Source: Spirochaetia bacterium (GTDB lineage Bacteria; Spirochaetota; Spirochaetia; SZUA-6; Bin103). From it: a DNA stretch of 64,000 nt. The notes beneath the pieces were generated by a model. That model saw only the letters and a program-made list of their open reading frames with translations, was not told the origin of the DNA and searched no databases. Location: positions 3,104,001-3,168,000 of the forward strand of contig OZ241863.1 in NCBI GenBank assembly GCA_965203055.1. The letters are read 5' to 3'. The position numbers and the translations under genes were made by a program. Positions 47,609 to 56,150 of this stretch are shown in pieces (the first letter of the stretch is position 1; the number at the start of each line of letters is the position of its first letter).

Positions 47609-48664
47609 ATGCATTCGTTTCGCGACAACCGGCTGCGCGATCATCGGCTGCCGATGAGCACGGCGTGGCTGCTCAACGACATCGCCGAATACAAGGGGAA
47701 GCAGGAGCGGCTTTCCCGGCAGCCGCAGCAGGCCCGCAAGGCGCTCCGCGACTCGGCCGTGGTTCAGAGCGTGGAGTCCTCGAATCGAATCGAAGGGGTG
47801 ACGGTCGGCCGCGACCGGCTGGTGGCGCTGGTACTTGGCCGGTCGGCTGCCCGGGACCGTTCCGAACAGGAGATCCAGGGGTACCGCCGCGCGCTGGGCG
47901 AAATCCATTCCCGCTTCGCGGCGCCGCTCCCGGTTACGCCGGAAACCCTGCAACGGCTGCACGCCCATTGCCAGCCCACCAGCGGCGACGCCGGCCAATT
48001 CAAGCGCGTCGATAACGACATCGTCGAACTCCGGCCGGGACGCGCGCCGGTGGTCCGCTTCCGCTGCGTGCCGGCGCGAGACACCCCGGGCGCCGCGGCG
48101 GAGCTGTGCGCGCGCTACCGCCATGCCCTCGATCAGGACCGCATCCCGCCGCTGATCGCCGGCGCCGCGCTGGTCCTGGACTTTCTCTGCATCCACCCGT
48201 TTCGGGACGGCAACGGTCGCGTGTCGCGGCTGCTCACCCTCCTGACGCTCGACCAGCATGGCTACGAGGTGGGCCGCTACCTCAGCCTCGAACGCCTCAT
48301 CGAGGAGTCGAAGGAGGAGTACTACGCCTGCCTGCACCGTTGTTCGCAACGGTGGCACCAGGGCCGGCACGAACTGACGCCGTGGTTCAACTTCCTGTTC
48401 GCCATCATTCGCCGCGGCTACGTGGAGATGGAGGCGCGCGCCGCGCAGGTGACGGCTCCGCGCGGCGCAAAGGCGGCGCTGGTCCATGCCGCGATTCGCG
48501 CGCAGCCGGGCGAGTTTCGCCTGAGCGATCTGGAACGAGCTTGTCCGGGGGTTGGCCGGGAGTGGATTCGCACCCTGCTGGCCGACCTGAAACGGTCCGG
48601 CGGCGTCACCTGCGAAGGCCGCGGCCCCGGCGCCCGCTGGCGGCTCAAGAATAAGGAGGAATAA
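47609..48664 (+). CDS. Fic-domain protein with C-terminal wHTH
   Basis: HPFRDGNGRVSR active site and SSNRIEG inhibitory-helix motif. Confidence 0.93.
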   Translation: MHSFRDNRLRDHRLPMSTAWLLNDIAEYKGKQERLSRQPQQARKALRDSAVVQSVESSNRIEGVTVGRDRLVALVLGRSAARDRSEQEIQGYRRALGEIHSRFAAPLPVTPETLQRLHAHCQPTSGDAGQFKRVDNDIVELRPGRAPVVRFRCVPARDTPGAAAELCARYRHALDQDRIPPLIAGAALVLDFLCIHPFRDGNGRVSRLLTLLTLDQHGYEVGRYLSLERLIEESKEEYYACLHRCSQRWHQGRHELTPWFNFLFAIIRRGYVEMEARAAQVTAPRGAKAALVHAAIRAQPGEFRLSDLERACPGVGREWIRTLLADLKRSGGVTCEGRGPGARWRLKNKEE

Positions 48665-48701
48665 GGGTAGTAACGCCTGAGTAAGGGTAGTAGAGAGGGT
48701 A

Positions 48702-49577
48702 TCAACTGATCCGTTCGCGGACCTGCTCCCACGGCACCACCTGGTCGGGGTTGCTGCTGGCCACGGTGATCGGCCGCATCCGGTAGTGGTCGTAGAGGGT
48801 GGCGTAACCCTGCCGTTCGTCGTCGCTACGCGCCGCGGCCGCTTCCGGAACCACGTAACGCAGATCGACGCTCCAGCGCATCTCAGCGGTGGTGTTGAGG
48901 GTGCTGGCGTGGCAGGTGAGGTTGCTGAACGCCAGCAAGCCGCCACGCCTCATTGGCAGCACGACCGGCGCGGCGCGCTGCTCCACGTCGTCGAACATGC
49001 GCACGATTCGCTGGGAGTCGCGCGCCCCGCCGAGCAGCCCCCAACGGTGGCTGCCGGGAATGAGGTGCAGGCAGCCGTTGCGCTGATCCACGTCCACCAG
49101 CGGAATCCATACCGAGATCACGTGGAGGTGGCGGGTAGGGTTGCCGTAGTACTGGGTGTCCTGATGCCAGGGGGCGGAGGTAGCGTCGCTCTCGGGCACC
49201 TTGGCGCGCACCGCAAAGCTGCCTGTCCAGGCGACTTCCGGCCCCAGCAGCGCGGTCATCAGCGCCAGCAGCCGGGGGTGGCGCACGAACTGGAACAGCT
49301 CCCGCGAGGCCGCGGCGCGCGTTCGCAGCTCCCAGATGCGCACCGCCGCCCGCGCCTGCTCGCACAGCAACACCAGACGCCGGTTGAAGGGCTGATCGGC
49401 GAAGCGCGAGCTGACCTTGCCTTCTCGGAAGAGGCGGCCGGCGAGCTGATCCACCTCCTCCTCGATGGCCGCGCGCACCGGCTCCAGGTCCGCTTCGGTG
49501 AACGTTTCGGGCAGCAGCAGGTAGCCGTCGTTGCGGTACGCTTCGACGCGCGCTCGATCGATCACCGCCGCAGGCAT
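48702..49577 (-). CDS. Phytanoyl-CoA dioxygenase (PhyH) family protein
   Basis: PWHQD, WIPL.D, NGCLHLIPGSH and H.S..N...RWSVD motifs. Confidence 0.92.
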   Translation of the reverse strand: MPAAVIDRARVEAYRNDGYLLLPETFTEADLEPVRAAIEEEVDQLAGRLFREGKVSSRFADQPFNRRLVLLCEQARAAVRIWELRTRAAASRELFQFVRHPRLLALMTALLGPEVAWTGSFAVRAKVPESDATSAPWHQDTQYYGNPTRHLHVISVWIPLVDVDQRNGCLHLIPGSHRWGLLGGARDSQRIVRMFDDVEQRAAPVVLPMRRGGLLAFSNLTCHASTLNTTAEMRWSVDLRYVVPEAAAARSDDERQGYATLYDHYRMRPITVASSNPDQVVPWEQVRERIS

Positions 49578-49672
49578 CGCTCAAGTGTGGCATGCCCCGA
49601 TCACGGCGTCAAACTCGCGGCAGGCGTTCCCTGCGATACCATGCCGCCGGCCGGTATACTGGCCGGCACCCG

Positions 49673-52600
49673 ATGCACCGGACGAGCAGCAGCCATTGGA
49701 TCGAGGTCACCGAGTCGGAGTACGCGTGGGAGCGGGAGGCGCTCCACTACCTGAAGACGCGGCTGCCGGACGGCGAGCCGTTTCGCGCGTGGTCCAACTT
49801 CGAGTTCATCGCCCATGACGGCAGCATCAACGAGGTCGATCTGCTGGTGGTGTCGCTGCACCACGTCTACTTGGTGGAGATCAAGAGTTGGCGCGGCGTG
49901 GTCTCCGGCGATCAGAGCACCTGGACCCGCCGCGTGGAGGGCAGGACGTTCCTGGCCGACAGCCCGCTGCTGCTGGCGAACCGCAAGGCGCGCAAGCTGG
50001 CCTCGTTGCTGAAGGAGCAGCCGGCTCTCGCCAAGGTGCGCCGGCCGTTCCTGGAACCGCTCGTGTTTCTGTCGCAGGCGCGGTGCCGGCTGGAGGGGTT
50101 GGCGCGGACCGGGGTGTACCTGTCGGAGAACCACGCCGGCGCCGGGGAGCCGTCGATCGTCGACGTGCTGAGCGGCGCCGCCGGGTTCGATCCCCGGCGC
50201 CCGCCGCCGCGCATCGACCGCCCGTTGGCGCGGGCGATTGCGCGCGCCATGGAGCAGGCCGGCATCCGTCGCTCGCAGCGGCACCGGCGGGTCTGGGACT
50301 ACGAGTTGCGCGAGCTCCTGCTGGAAACCGATGCGTGGCAGGACTGGGAAGCGGAGCACGTCGCGGTGCCGGGATCGACGCGCCGCATCCGCATCTACCC
50401 GCTGGCCCGCGCCTCGTCGGCGGCGGGCCGCCGGGAACGGCGCGCCGCAGCCGAACGCGAGTATCGCCTGCTCGACGGCGTGGGCCACGACGGCATCCTG
50501 CGCGCGGAGCTGCTGACCGACGCCGAGCAGGGGCCGGCCATCATATTCGAGCACCACCCGGCCGCCGAACGGCTGGATCACTTCCTGGACCGGCGCGGCG
50601 CCGAGCTGTCGCCGGAGACGCGGCTCGACTTGGTGCGCCAGTTGGCCCAGACCGTGCAGTACGCCCACGAGCGGCGGCTCTGCCACCGCGCGCTGAGTCC
50701 GCGCCGCGTTCTGGTGACGGACCCGGCCGCGGAGCGCCCGCGGCTCAAGATCTTCGACTGGCAGACGGCAACCCACGGCGCGAGCGGCACGCGCTCGCCG
50801 CTCGCGCCGGCGACCGCCCCGGCGACCGACCCCGTGAGCGACGAGGCGGAGGGCGTCTACCTGGCCCCGGAAGCCAGCCTGGGCAGCTACGACCCGATGA
50901 AGCTCGACCTGTTCTCGCTGGGCGCGGTTGCCTACCGGGTGTTCGCCGGCGCGCCGCCGGCGCCCACCGTGGCCGCCCTGCACGAGCGTCTGACCCGCAG
51001 CCGCGGCCTGAAGCTCTCCGATCAGATCGACGGCGCGCCGGAGGCGCTGCAACTGGTAGTCGAGTACGCCACCGATCCCGACGCCTCCGGGCGGCTCGAT
51101 TCCGCGGCTGATTTCTGCGGGCAGCTCGATGACGCGGAACGGGAGCTGGCCGCGGCCCGGGAGCCGCGTGAGAAGTTCGCGCACCCGCTCGACGCCGGCC
51201 CGGAAGATATGCTGGAGGGTGGATTCCTGGTGGTGCGCCGGCTCGGCCGGGGCGCGACCGCGCTGGCGCTGCAGGTGGAGCACGACGACCGCGGCGGGGT
51301 GCTCAAGGTGGCGCTCGACCCGACCCGCAACGACCGCGTGCGGCGCGAAGGCGAGCTGCTGCGCTCGCTGCGCCATCCCAACATCGTCGAGGCATACCGC
51401 GAGGTGGAGCTTTCCGGCCACGCCGCGGTCTTCATGGCGCTGGCCGGCGCGGAGAACAAAGGCCGCGCCTACACCCTCGCCGACCGCATCCGGGAGGAGG
51501 GCCGGCTGTCGCTCGATCTGCTGCAGCGCTTCGGCGATCAACTGGTGGGCGTCGTGCAGTGGCTGGAGGAGAAGGGCGTGTCGCACCGCGATCTCAAGCC
51601 CGACAACATCGGCGTGTCGGGCGCGCCGCTCAGCCTGGTGGTGTTCGACTTCTCGCTGGCCGACACGCCGGCGGAACAGATCCGCGCCGGCACGCCGCAG
51701 TACCGCGATCCGTTCCTGGCGTTGCGCCTGCCGCGGCGTTGGGACGCCGGCGCCGAACGCTTCAGCGCGGCCATGACGCTGCATGAGATGGCGACCGGTC
51801 AACTGCCCGGCTGGGGCGACGGGCAGAGCGACCCGGCGCTGCTCGACGAGGAAGTCTCGCTGGACGCCGAGTTGTTCGATTCGTCGGTGCGGGAGGCGCT
51901 GACCGCGTTCTTCCGGACCGCGCTGGCGCGCGACTACCGCGCCCGCTTCGACAACGCCGAGGAGATGCGCCGCGCCTGGTTCCGCTGCTTCGAGGCGATT
52001 GACGTGAGTGCGGCCGGCGGCGAAGAAGGCGAGCTGCCGGAGGAGTTCGACGGCGTGACCGAGGCCACCGCGCTGGCCGAGCTGGGCCTCAGCCCGCGCC
52101 TGCTGAACGCCCTGGAGCGGATCGGCGCGCACACGGTGGCCGAGCTGATCGGGCTGCCGCGCATCCGCCTGTACCGCAACCAGGGCATCGGGCAGCGCGT
52201 CGTCAAGCAGATTCGCCGGCTGTCGGAGGGGCTGGCCGAGCACCTGGCCGAACGGGGGCGGACGGTCGCCGCCACCACCGCCGGCGAGGCGCAGGAGTAC
52301 CCGGCCGACCCGGCGGTCTGGAGCATCGACCTGCTGGCGTCGCGGCTGAAGAGGCGCGGCTCCGCGCCCGCCGCCGCGGCCGGCGGCAGTTGGATGAAGC
52401 CGTTGCGCGACTCGGTGGCGGCGCTGGCGGCGGGCCACGGCGGCGTGATGACGGAGGATGAGCTGGTCGGGGCGCTGGCCGCGGCGCGCGGTTCGGCGGC
52501 GTCCGGCGGCGAACGGCTGCGCCGCGCCGGCCTGGTTGCCGAGGCGGCGCTGGAAGCGGAAGGCAAGCGCCGGGACTGCCGCTACCGCGCGCATCCCGGT

Positions 52601-53719
52601 GCCGCCGGCGCGCTGATCCTGGCGACGGCGGCGCTGGACCCCGCGCTGAGCGCGGCGCCGGCGGCGCGCGCCGACTACGTGCGGCGACTCGGCGCGGTGG
52701 CCGACCGGCTTGCCGATGCCGACCCGCTCGCCTCGCCGGCGCGCGTGCGCGAGGAGCTGGCGGCGGTCGAGGCGCCGGCGGGCATGCCGCCGCTCGACCC
52801 GGACCGGTGCGTGCGGCTGGCGGTGCGGGCGGCGGCGCGGGCGGAGCTCTCCTCGCGCGGCGAGCTGTACCCGCGCGGCATGGCCGCGGCGCGCGCCGTC
52901 AAGCTCGGCGCCAGCTCGCTGCTCGGCCCCCGGGAGCTGACGGCGCGGCAACTCCGGGAGCGGCTGGCGAGCCGCTACCCGGCAGCCGAGCGGCTGCCGG
53001 GGCGTCCCCGGCTGGATGAACTCCTGGATGCGGCCGGGCTCAAGCTGGCGTGGGACCGGGAGCGGGCGAGGTACCGCGCGCGGACCCCGCCGCACCGTCG
53101 CACGACCGGCACCACCTCGTCCCCGGCCGGCGCCGGCGACCAGGAAGCGTACGCCGCGGATGCTCTGGACGAACGGCTGCGGCGCACGATCCGCGCGCAA
53201 GGCTTTCTGACGCTGTCGGTCCCGCCGCGCTACTTCATGGACGCCGAGCGCTACCTGGCGGCCGGCTTCGAGCTGGCCGCGTTCAGCCTGGAGGCGGAGC
53301 TGATCCGCCACATGCGGGCGCTGGCGGCCGAACTGGGCGCCGATTGGCAGGTCGTGGTCGCCGCCGACGCGGCGCCCTCGGGCAGCGTCGATCACCGCCG
53401 TCTGAACCAGCTCGTGCAACGGGCGGCGGAGCGGCTGCAGCGCGCGCTCGTCGGCGCGGACGCCCCGCTGCTGCTGTCCCGTTCCGGTCTGCTGGCGCGC
53501 TACCGCCGGCTCGACCTGCTGGCCGCGGTGCAGGACGAATGCCAGCGCGGCGCGGCGCGCGCGGCGCGGATACTCTGCATCGCCGGAGGCGCGCCCGACG
53601 GTCTGCCGGTGATCGACCGCCAGGCGCTGCCGGTGGTGGTAGCCTCGGCCTGGGCGCGCCCCGGCGCCGCCTGGCTTTCCCGCGCCGCCGCCGCAGGTGA
53701 AGGAGGAAATCGCGGATGA
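49673..53719 (+). CDS. pglW: BREX type 2 serine/threonine kinase PglW
   Basis: N-terminal NERD (SEYAWEREAL, AWSNFEF, EVDLL, EIKSW); pseudokinase (HRALSP, IFDWQ); kinase (HRDLKPDN, VFDFSL, GTPQY.DPF); alpha-CTD-like LSPRLLNALER. Confidence 0.93.
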   Translation: MHRTSSSHWIEVTESEYAWEREALHYLKTRLPDGEPFRAWSNFEFIAHDGSINEVDLLVVSLHHVYLVEIKSWRGVVSGDQSTWTRRVEGRTFLADSPLLLANRKARKLASLLKEQPALAKVRRPFLEPLVFLSQARCRLEGLARTGVYLSENHAGAGEPSIVDVLSGAAGFDPRRPPPRIDRPLARAIARAMEQAGIRRSQRHRRVWDYELRELLLETDAWQDWEAEHVAVPGSTRRIRIYPLARASSAAGRRERRAAAEREYRLLDGVGHDGILRAELLTDAEQGPAIIFEHHPAAERLDHFLDRRGAELSPETRLDLVRQLAQTVQYAHERRLCHRALSPRRVLVTDPAAERPRLKIFDWQTATHGASGTRSPLAPATAPATDPVSDEAEGVYLAPEASLGSYDPMKLDLFSLGAVAYRVFAGAPPAPTVAALHERLTRSRGLKLSDQIDGAPEALQLVVEYATDPDASGRLDSAADFCGQLDDAERELAAAREPREKFAHPLDAGPEDMLEGGFLVVRRLGRGATALALQVEHDDRGGVLKVALDPTRNDRVRREGELLRSLRHPNIVEAYREVELSGHAAVFMALAGAENKGRAYTLADRIREEGRLSLDLLQRFGDQLVGVVQWLEEKGVSHRDLKPDNIGVSGAPLSLVVFDFSLADTPAEQIRAGTPQYRDPFLALRLPRRWDAGAERFSAAMTLHEMATGQLPGWGDGQSDPALLDEEVSLDAELFDSSVREALTAFFRTALARDYRARFDNAEEMRRAWFRCFEAIDVSAAGGEEGELPEEFDGVTEATALAELGLSPRLLNALERIGAHTVAELIGLPRIRLYRNQGIGQRVVKQIRRLSEGLAEHLAERGRTVAATTAGEAQEYPADPAVWSIDLLASRLKRRGSAPAAAAGGSWMKPLRDSVAALAAGHGGVMTEDELVGALAAARGSAASGGERLRRAGLVAEAALEAEGKRRDCRYRAHPGAAGALILATAALDPALSAAPAARADYVRRLGAVADRLADADPLASPARVREELAAVEAPAGMPPLDPDRCVRLAVRAAARAELSSRGELYPRGMAAARAVKLGASSLLGPRELTARQLRERLASRYPAAERLPGRPRLDELLDAAGLKLAWDRERARYRARTPPHRRTTGTTSSPAGAGDQEAYAADALDERLRRTIRAQGFLTLSVPPRYFMDAERYLAAGFELAAFSLEAELIRHMRALAAELGADWQVVVAADAAPSGSVDHRRLNQLVQRAAERLQRALVGADAPLLLSRSGLLARYRRLDLLAAVQDECQRGAARAARILCIAGGAPDGLPVIDRQALPVVVASAWARPGAAWLSRAAAAGEGGNRG

Positions 53720-54746
53720 TCCATCTCAGCAGCTTCGCGGCGGTTCACTACCGCGGCCTGGACGGCCTGTCCATCCCCCGGCTGTCCGCCGCCAACCTGG
53801 TGACCGGTGCGAACGGCATCGGCAAGACCGCGCTGCTGGAAGCGATCTGGCTGTTCGTGGGCCGTTACAACCCGGTGCAATTGTGGAATACGAGCATCCA
53901 GCGCTCCGCGTATCCCGTTCTTGATCCGGTCACACGCTTGTCTCATGGGGCAGTGGAACTGCACGGACACGAGAACGGGTCGCGCCACGAACTGAAATGT
54001 ACGTTTGAGTCCGTTCCCTACGCCGGAACGGCCGCGGCGGTTGGCCGCACCGCGGACTCTACGGTCGGCCGTCTGCAAACCCGTATCGACGGGAAGATCG
54101 CGGAAGGGAAGATCGAAGGATTGCATCAAGCACCTGGCGGCACAGTGCGATTCGCAAATCCTAACGCACCGGAGCTGCGGCCGAATTGCATCATAGAGGG
54201 TACCAAATATCAGCAGGATGACTTCGATCATTACCTGAAATACTATTCCGAAATGGTAAGAGAATCCCGAAAGGATGAGTTGACATCCACTCTCAACTCG
54301 ATTCTTCCGGGTATCCGCAGCATCGAGATTCTGATCGACGAGAGCCGGAACACTTACCTGTCAGCGGTTACCGCGGACGGCGAGCAGTTGCCCGTCGATC
54401 ATCTGGGTAGCGGCGTCGTCCGATTGCTGCGGATTCGCTGAGCATGTTCATGTCCAGATACGGAATACTGCTTGCGGATGAGCTGGAAAACGGCATCCAC
54501 TACTCCGCCTTGCAGGATGTCTGGAAGCACATTCGCCGCCGGATGGAGGCGTGGAACGTGCAAATCGTGGCCACCACACATAGCGATGATTGCATCGATG
54601 CGGCGATCGCGGCGTTTGATGATGCGCCCGATGACCTGTCCATACATCAGCTCTTCGTGAACGGAACAACCGGGGGAGTCGACGCAACGACCTTTACCGG
54701 CGTAGCCCTCGAAGGAGCACGCGATCTCAACCTGGAGGTCCGTTGA
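53716..54746 (+). pseudogene. ABC-type ATPase (AAA_21-like) split by an apparent 1-bp deletion near 54436
   Basis: YRGL, GANGIGKT and LGSG in the first frame; LLADELENGIHYS and ATTHS in the second frame. Confidence 0.8.
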
Positions 54747-54858
54747 CAGTGAGCACACGACATCGGACAGATGAGGCCCCTGTACGAGATGTAGGAAATA
54801 AGCAAAACCGAGCTGCAGCTAGCACTCGTGACGAGACGAGGATGATCCTGGACTAGCG

Positions 54859-55299
54859 ATGGCAGTCATATATGACGACCGGGAAATCGATGCGATGATA
54901 AAGGACCCTAAATGTGCCCCGTCCGACTGGCATGACCGGATTCGTCTGAAGCCAAAGTGCGGTCATAGCAGGCAGCAGGTGGAACTCGTCGGCCATAGCG
55001 GGAGTCGATTTCTTGTGATATTCAGGCAGAACTTGATCACTCATTTGGATTTTTCGATCATACTGGCAGTCCGATTGTCAACCTCTGTATTTAGACTCTT
55101 GCGCTACAACGGTAAGAGTCACGAACACTCCAACCATATTGAGCAAACCAAATTCTATGAATTCCATATCCATAGGGCGACAGAACGATACCAGAAGGTA
55201 GGACCAAGGGAAGATGTATATGCCGAACCAACGGACCGCTACAGTGACCGGAGTGGTGCACTGAAGTGTTTGATAGATGACGCCAACATCAAGATATAG
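54859..55299 (+). CDS. Hypothetical His-rich protein (DUF6978-like)
   Basis: DFSIIL, LLRYNGKSHEHSN, FHIHRATERYQ and YAEPTDRY motifs; markedly lower GC than the flanks. Confidence 0.65.
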   Translation: MAVIYDDREIDAMIKDPKCAPSDWHDRIRLKPKCGHSRQQVELVGHSGSRFLVIFRQNLITHLDFSIILAVRLSTSVFRLLRYNGKSHEHSNHIEQTKFYEFHIHRATERYQKVGPREDVYAEPTDRYSDRSGALKCLIDDANIKI

Positions 55300-55334
55300 T
55301 ACGATTCACAGGGCAGTCTCTTCGAGGAGTAATC

Positions 55335-56150
55335 GTGATGACCAAAGATACGATAGAACGCGACTTCCGCGACAAGGTATCAAAACAGATCAGACTACAC
55401 CCGGAAGGATTGAACCGCTTCCGTGTGTTCAACCCGTTTCTGTTCGAGGATGGCGATCATTTGGTTGTCGTATTGAAGAAGGAACGAGGTAAATGGGTGC
55501 TTTCCGATGAGGCGCATACCTTCATGCACCTTACCTATAGTATAGAAGAAGAATTTCTTCTACGTGGCAAAATCCGTAAGTTTGTCTCCTCTGTACTGTC
55601 GACGTTAGATGTCGAGGACCGTGATGGAGAATTGGTATTATACGTCCCTGAAGAGCGCTACGGGGATGCTCTCTATTCCTTCATCCATACGTTATTATTC
55701 ATAATAGGACACTTCGAATATCTGTCACCTGGACCTATTCAATCTACGTTCATGGAGGACTTTCGATCCCTGTTGAGCGAAGCGGTACCGGAAGATAGCA
55801 GGTCTTTCGACTGGACCGATCCGGAACGTGATCCGTTTCGAAAATATACCGTAGATTGTCGGATCAGTGGCATGCGGCGGCCGCTATTTATTCATGCTCT
55901 TGCCAACGACGACCGGACCAGGGACGCCACGATAGCACTGCTCAAGTTCCAGGAGTGGGGAATCGAGTTCCGCGCTCTCGGCATCTTCGAGGATCAGGAA
56001 TCGATCAACCGGAGAGTTCTGGCACGCTACAGCGACATCTGCGAGAAGCAGTTTTCCAGCCTTTTGGAGAATCGAGCAGGAATCGTCCATTATCTGAGCG
56101 AGACCATCGGCGTGCCTGATGGCCGAGCCGGGGCTCGCGATGCCGATTGA
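55335..56150 (+). CDS. DUF1828-like protein
   Basis: NPFLFEDGDHLVV, WVLSDEAHT, STFMEDF and YTVDCRI motifs; GAGGAG RBS. Confidence 0.7.
   Translation: MMTKDTIERDFRDKVSKQIRLHPEGLNRFRVFNPFLFEDGDHLVVVLKKERGKWVLSDEAHTFMHLTYSIEEEFLLRGKIRKFVSSVLSTLDVEDRDGELVLYVPEERYGDALYSFIHTLLFIIGHFEYLSPGPIQSTFMEDFRSLLSEAVPEDSRSFDWTDPERDPFRKYTVDCRISGMRRPLFIHALANDDRTRDATIALLKFQEWGIEFRALGIFEDQESINRRVLARYSDICEKQFSSLLENRAGIVHYLSETIGVPDGRAGARDAD

Noticed and set aside
49601..53419. 1272-aa minus-strand ORF
   Set aside because: Antisense shadow of pglW with no motifs; long stop-free frames are expected at this GC content.
54425..54446. Programmed frameshift or selenocysteine readthrough in the ATPase
   Set aside because: The continuation is in a different frame, so readthrough cannot restore it, and no slippery heptamer is visible.
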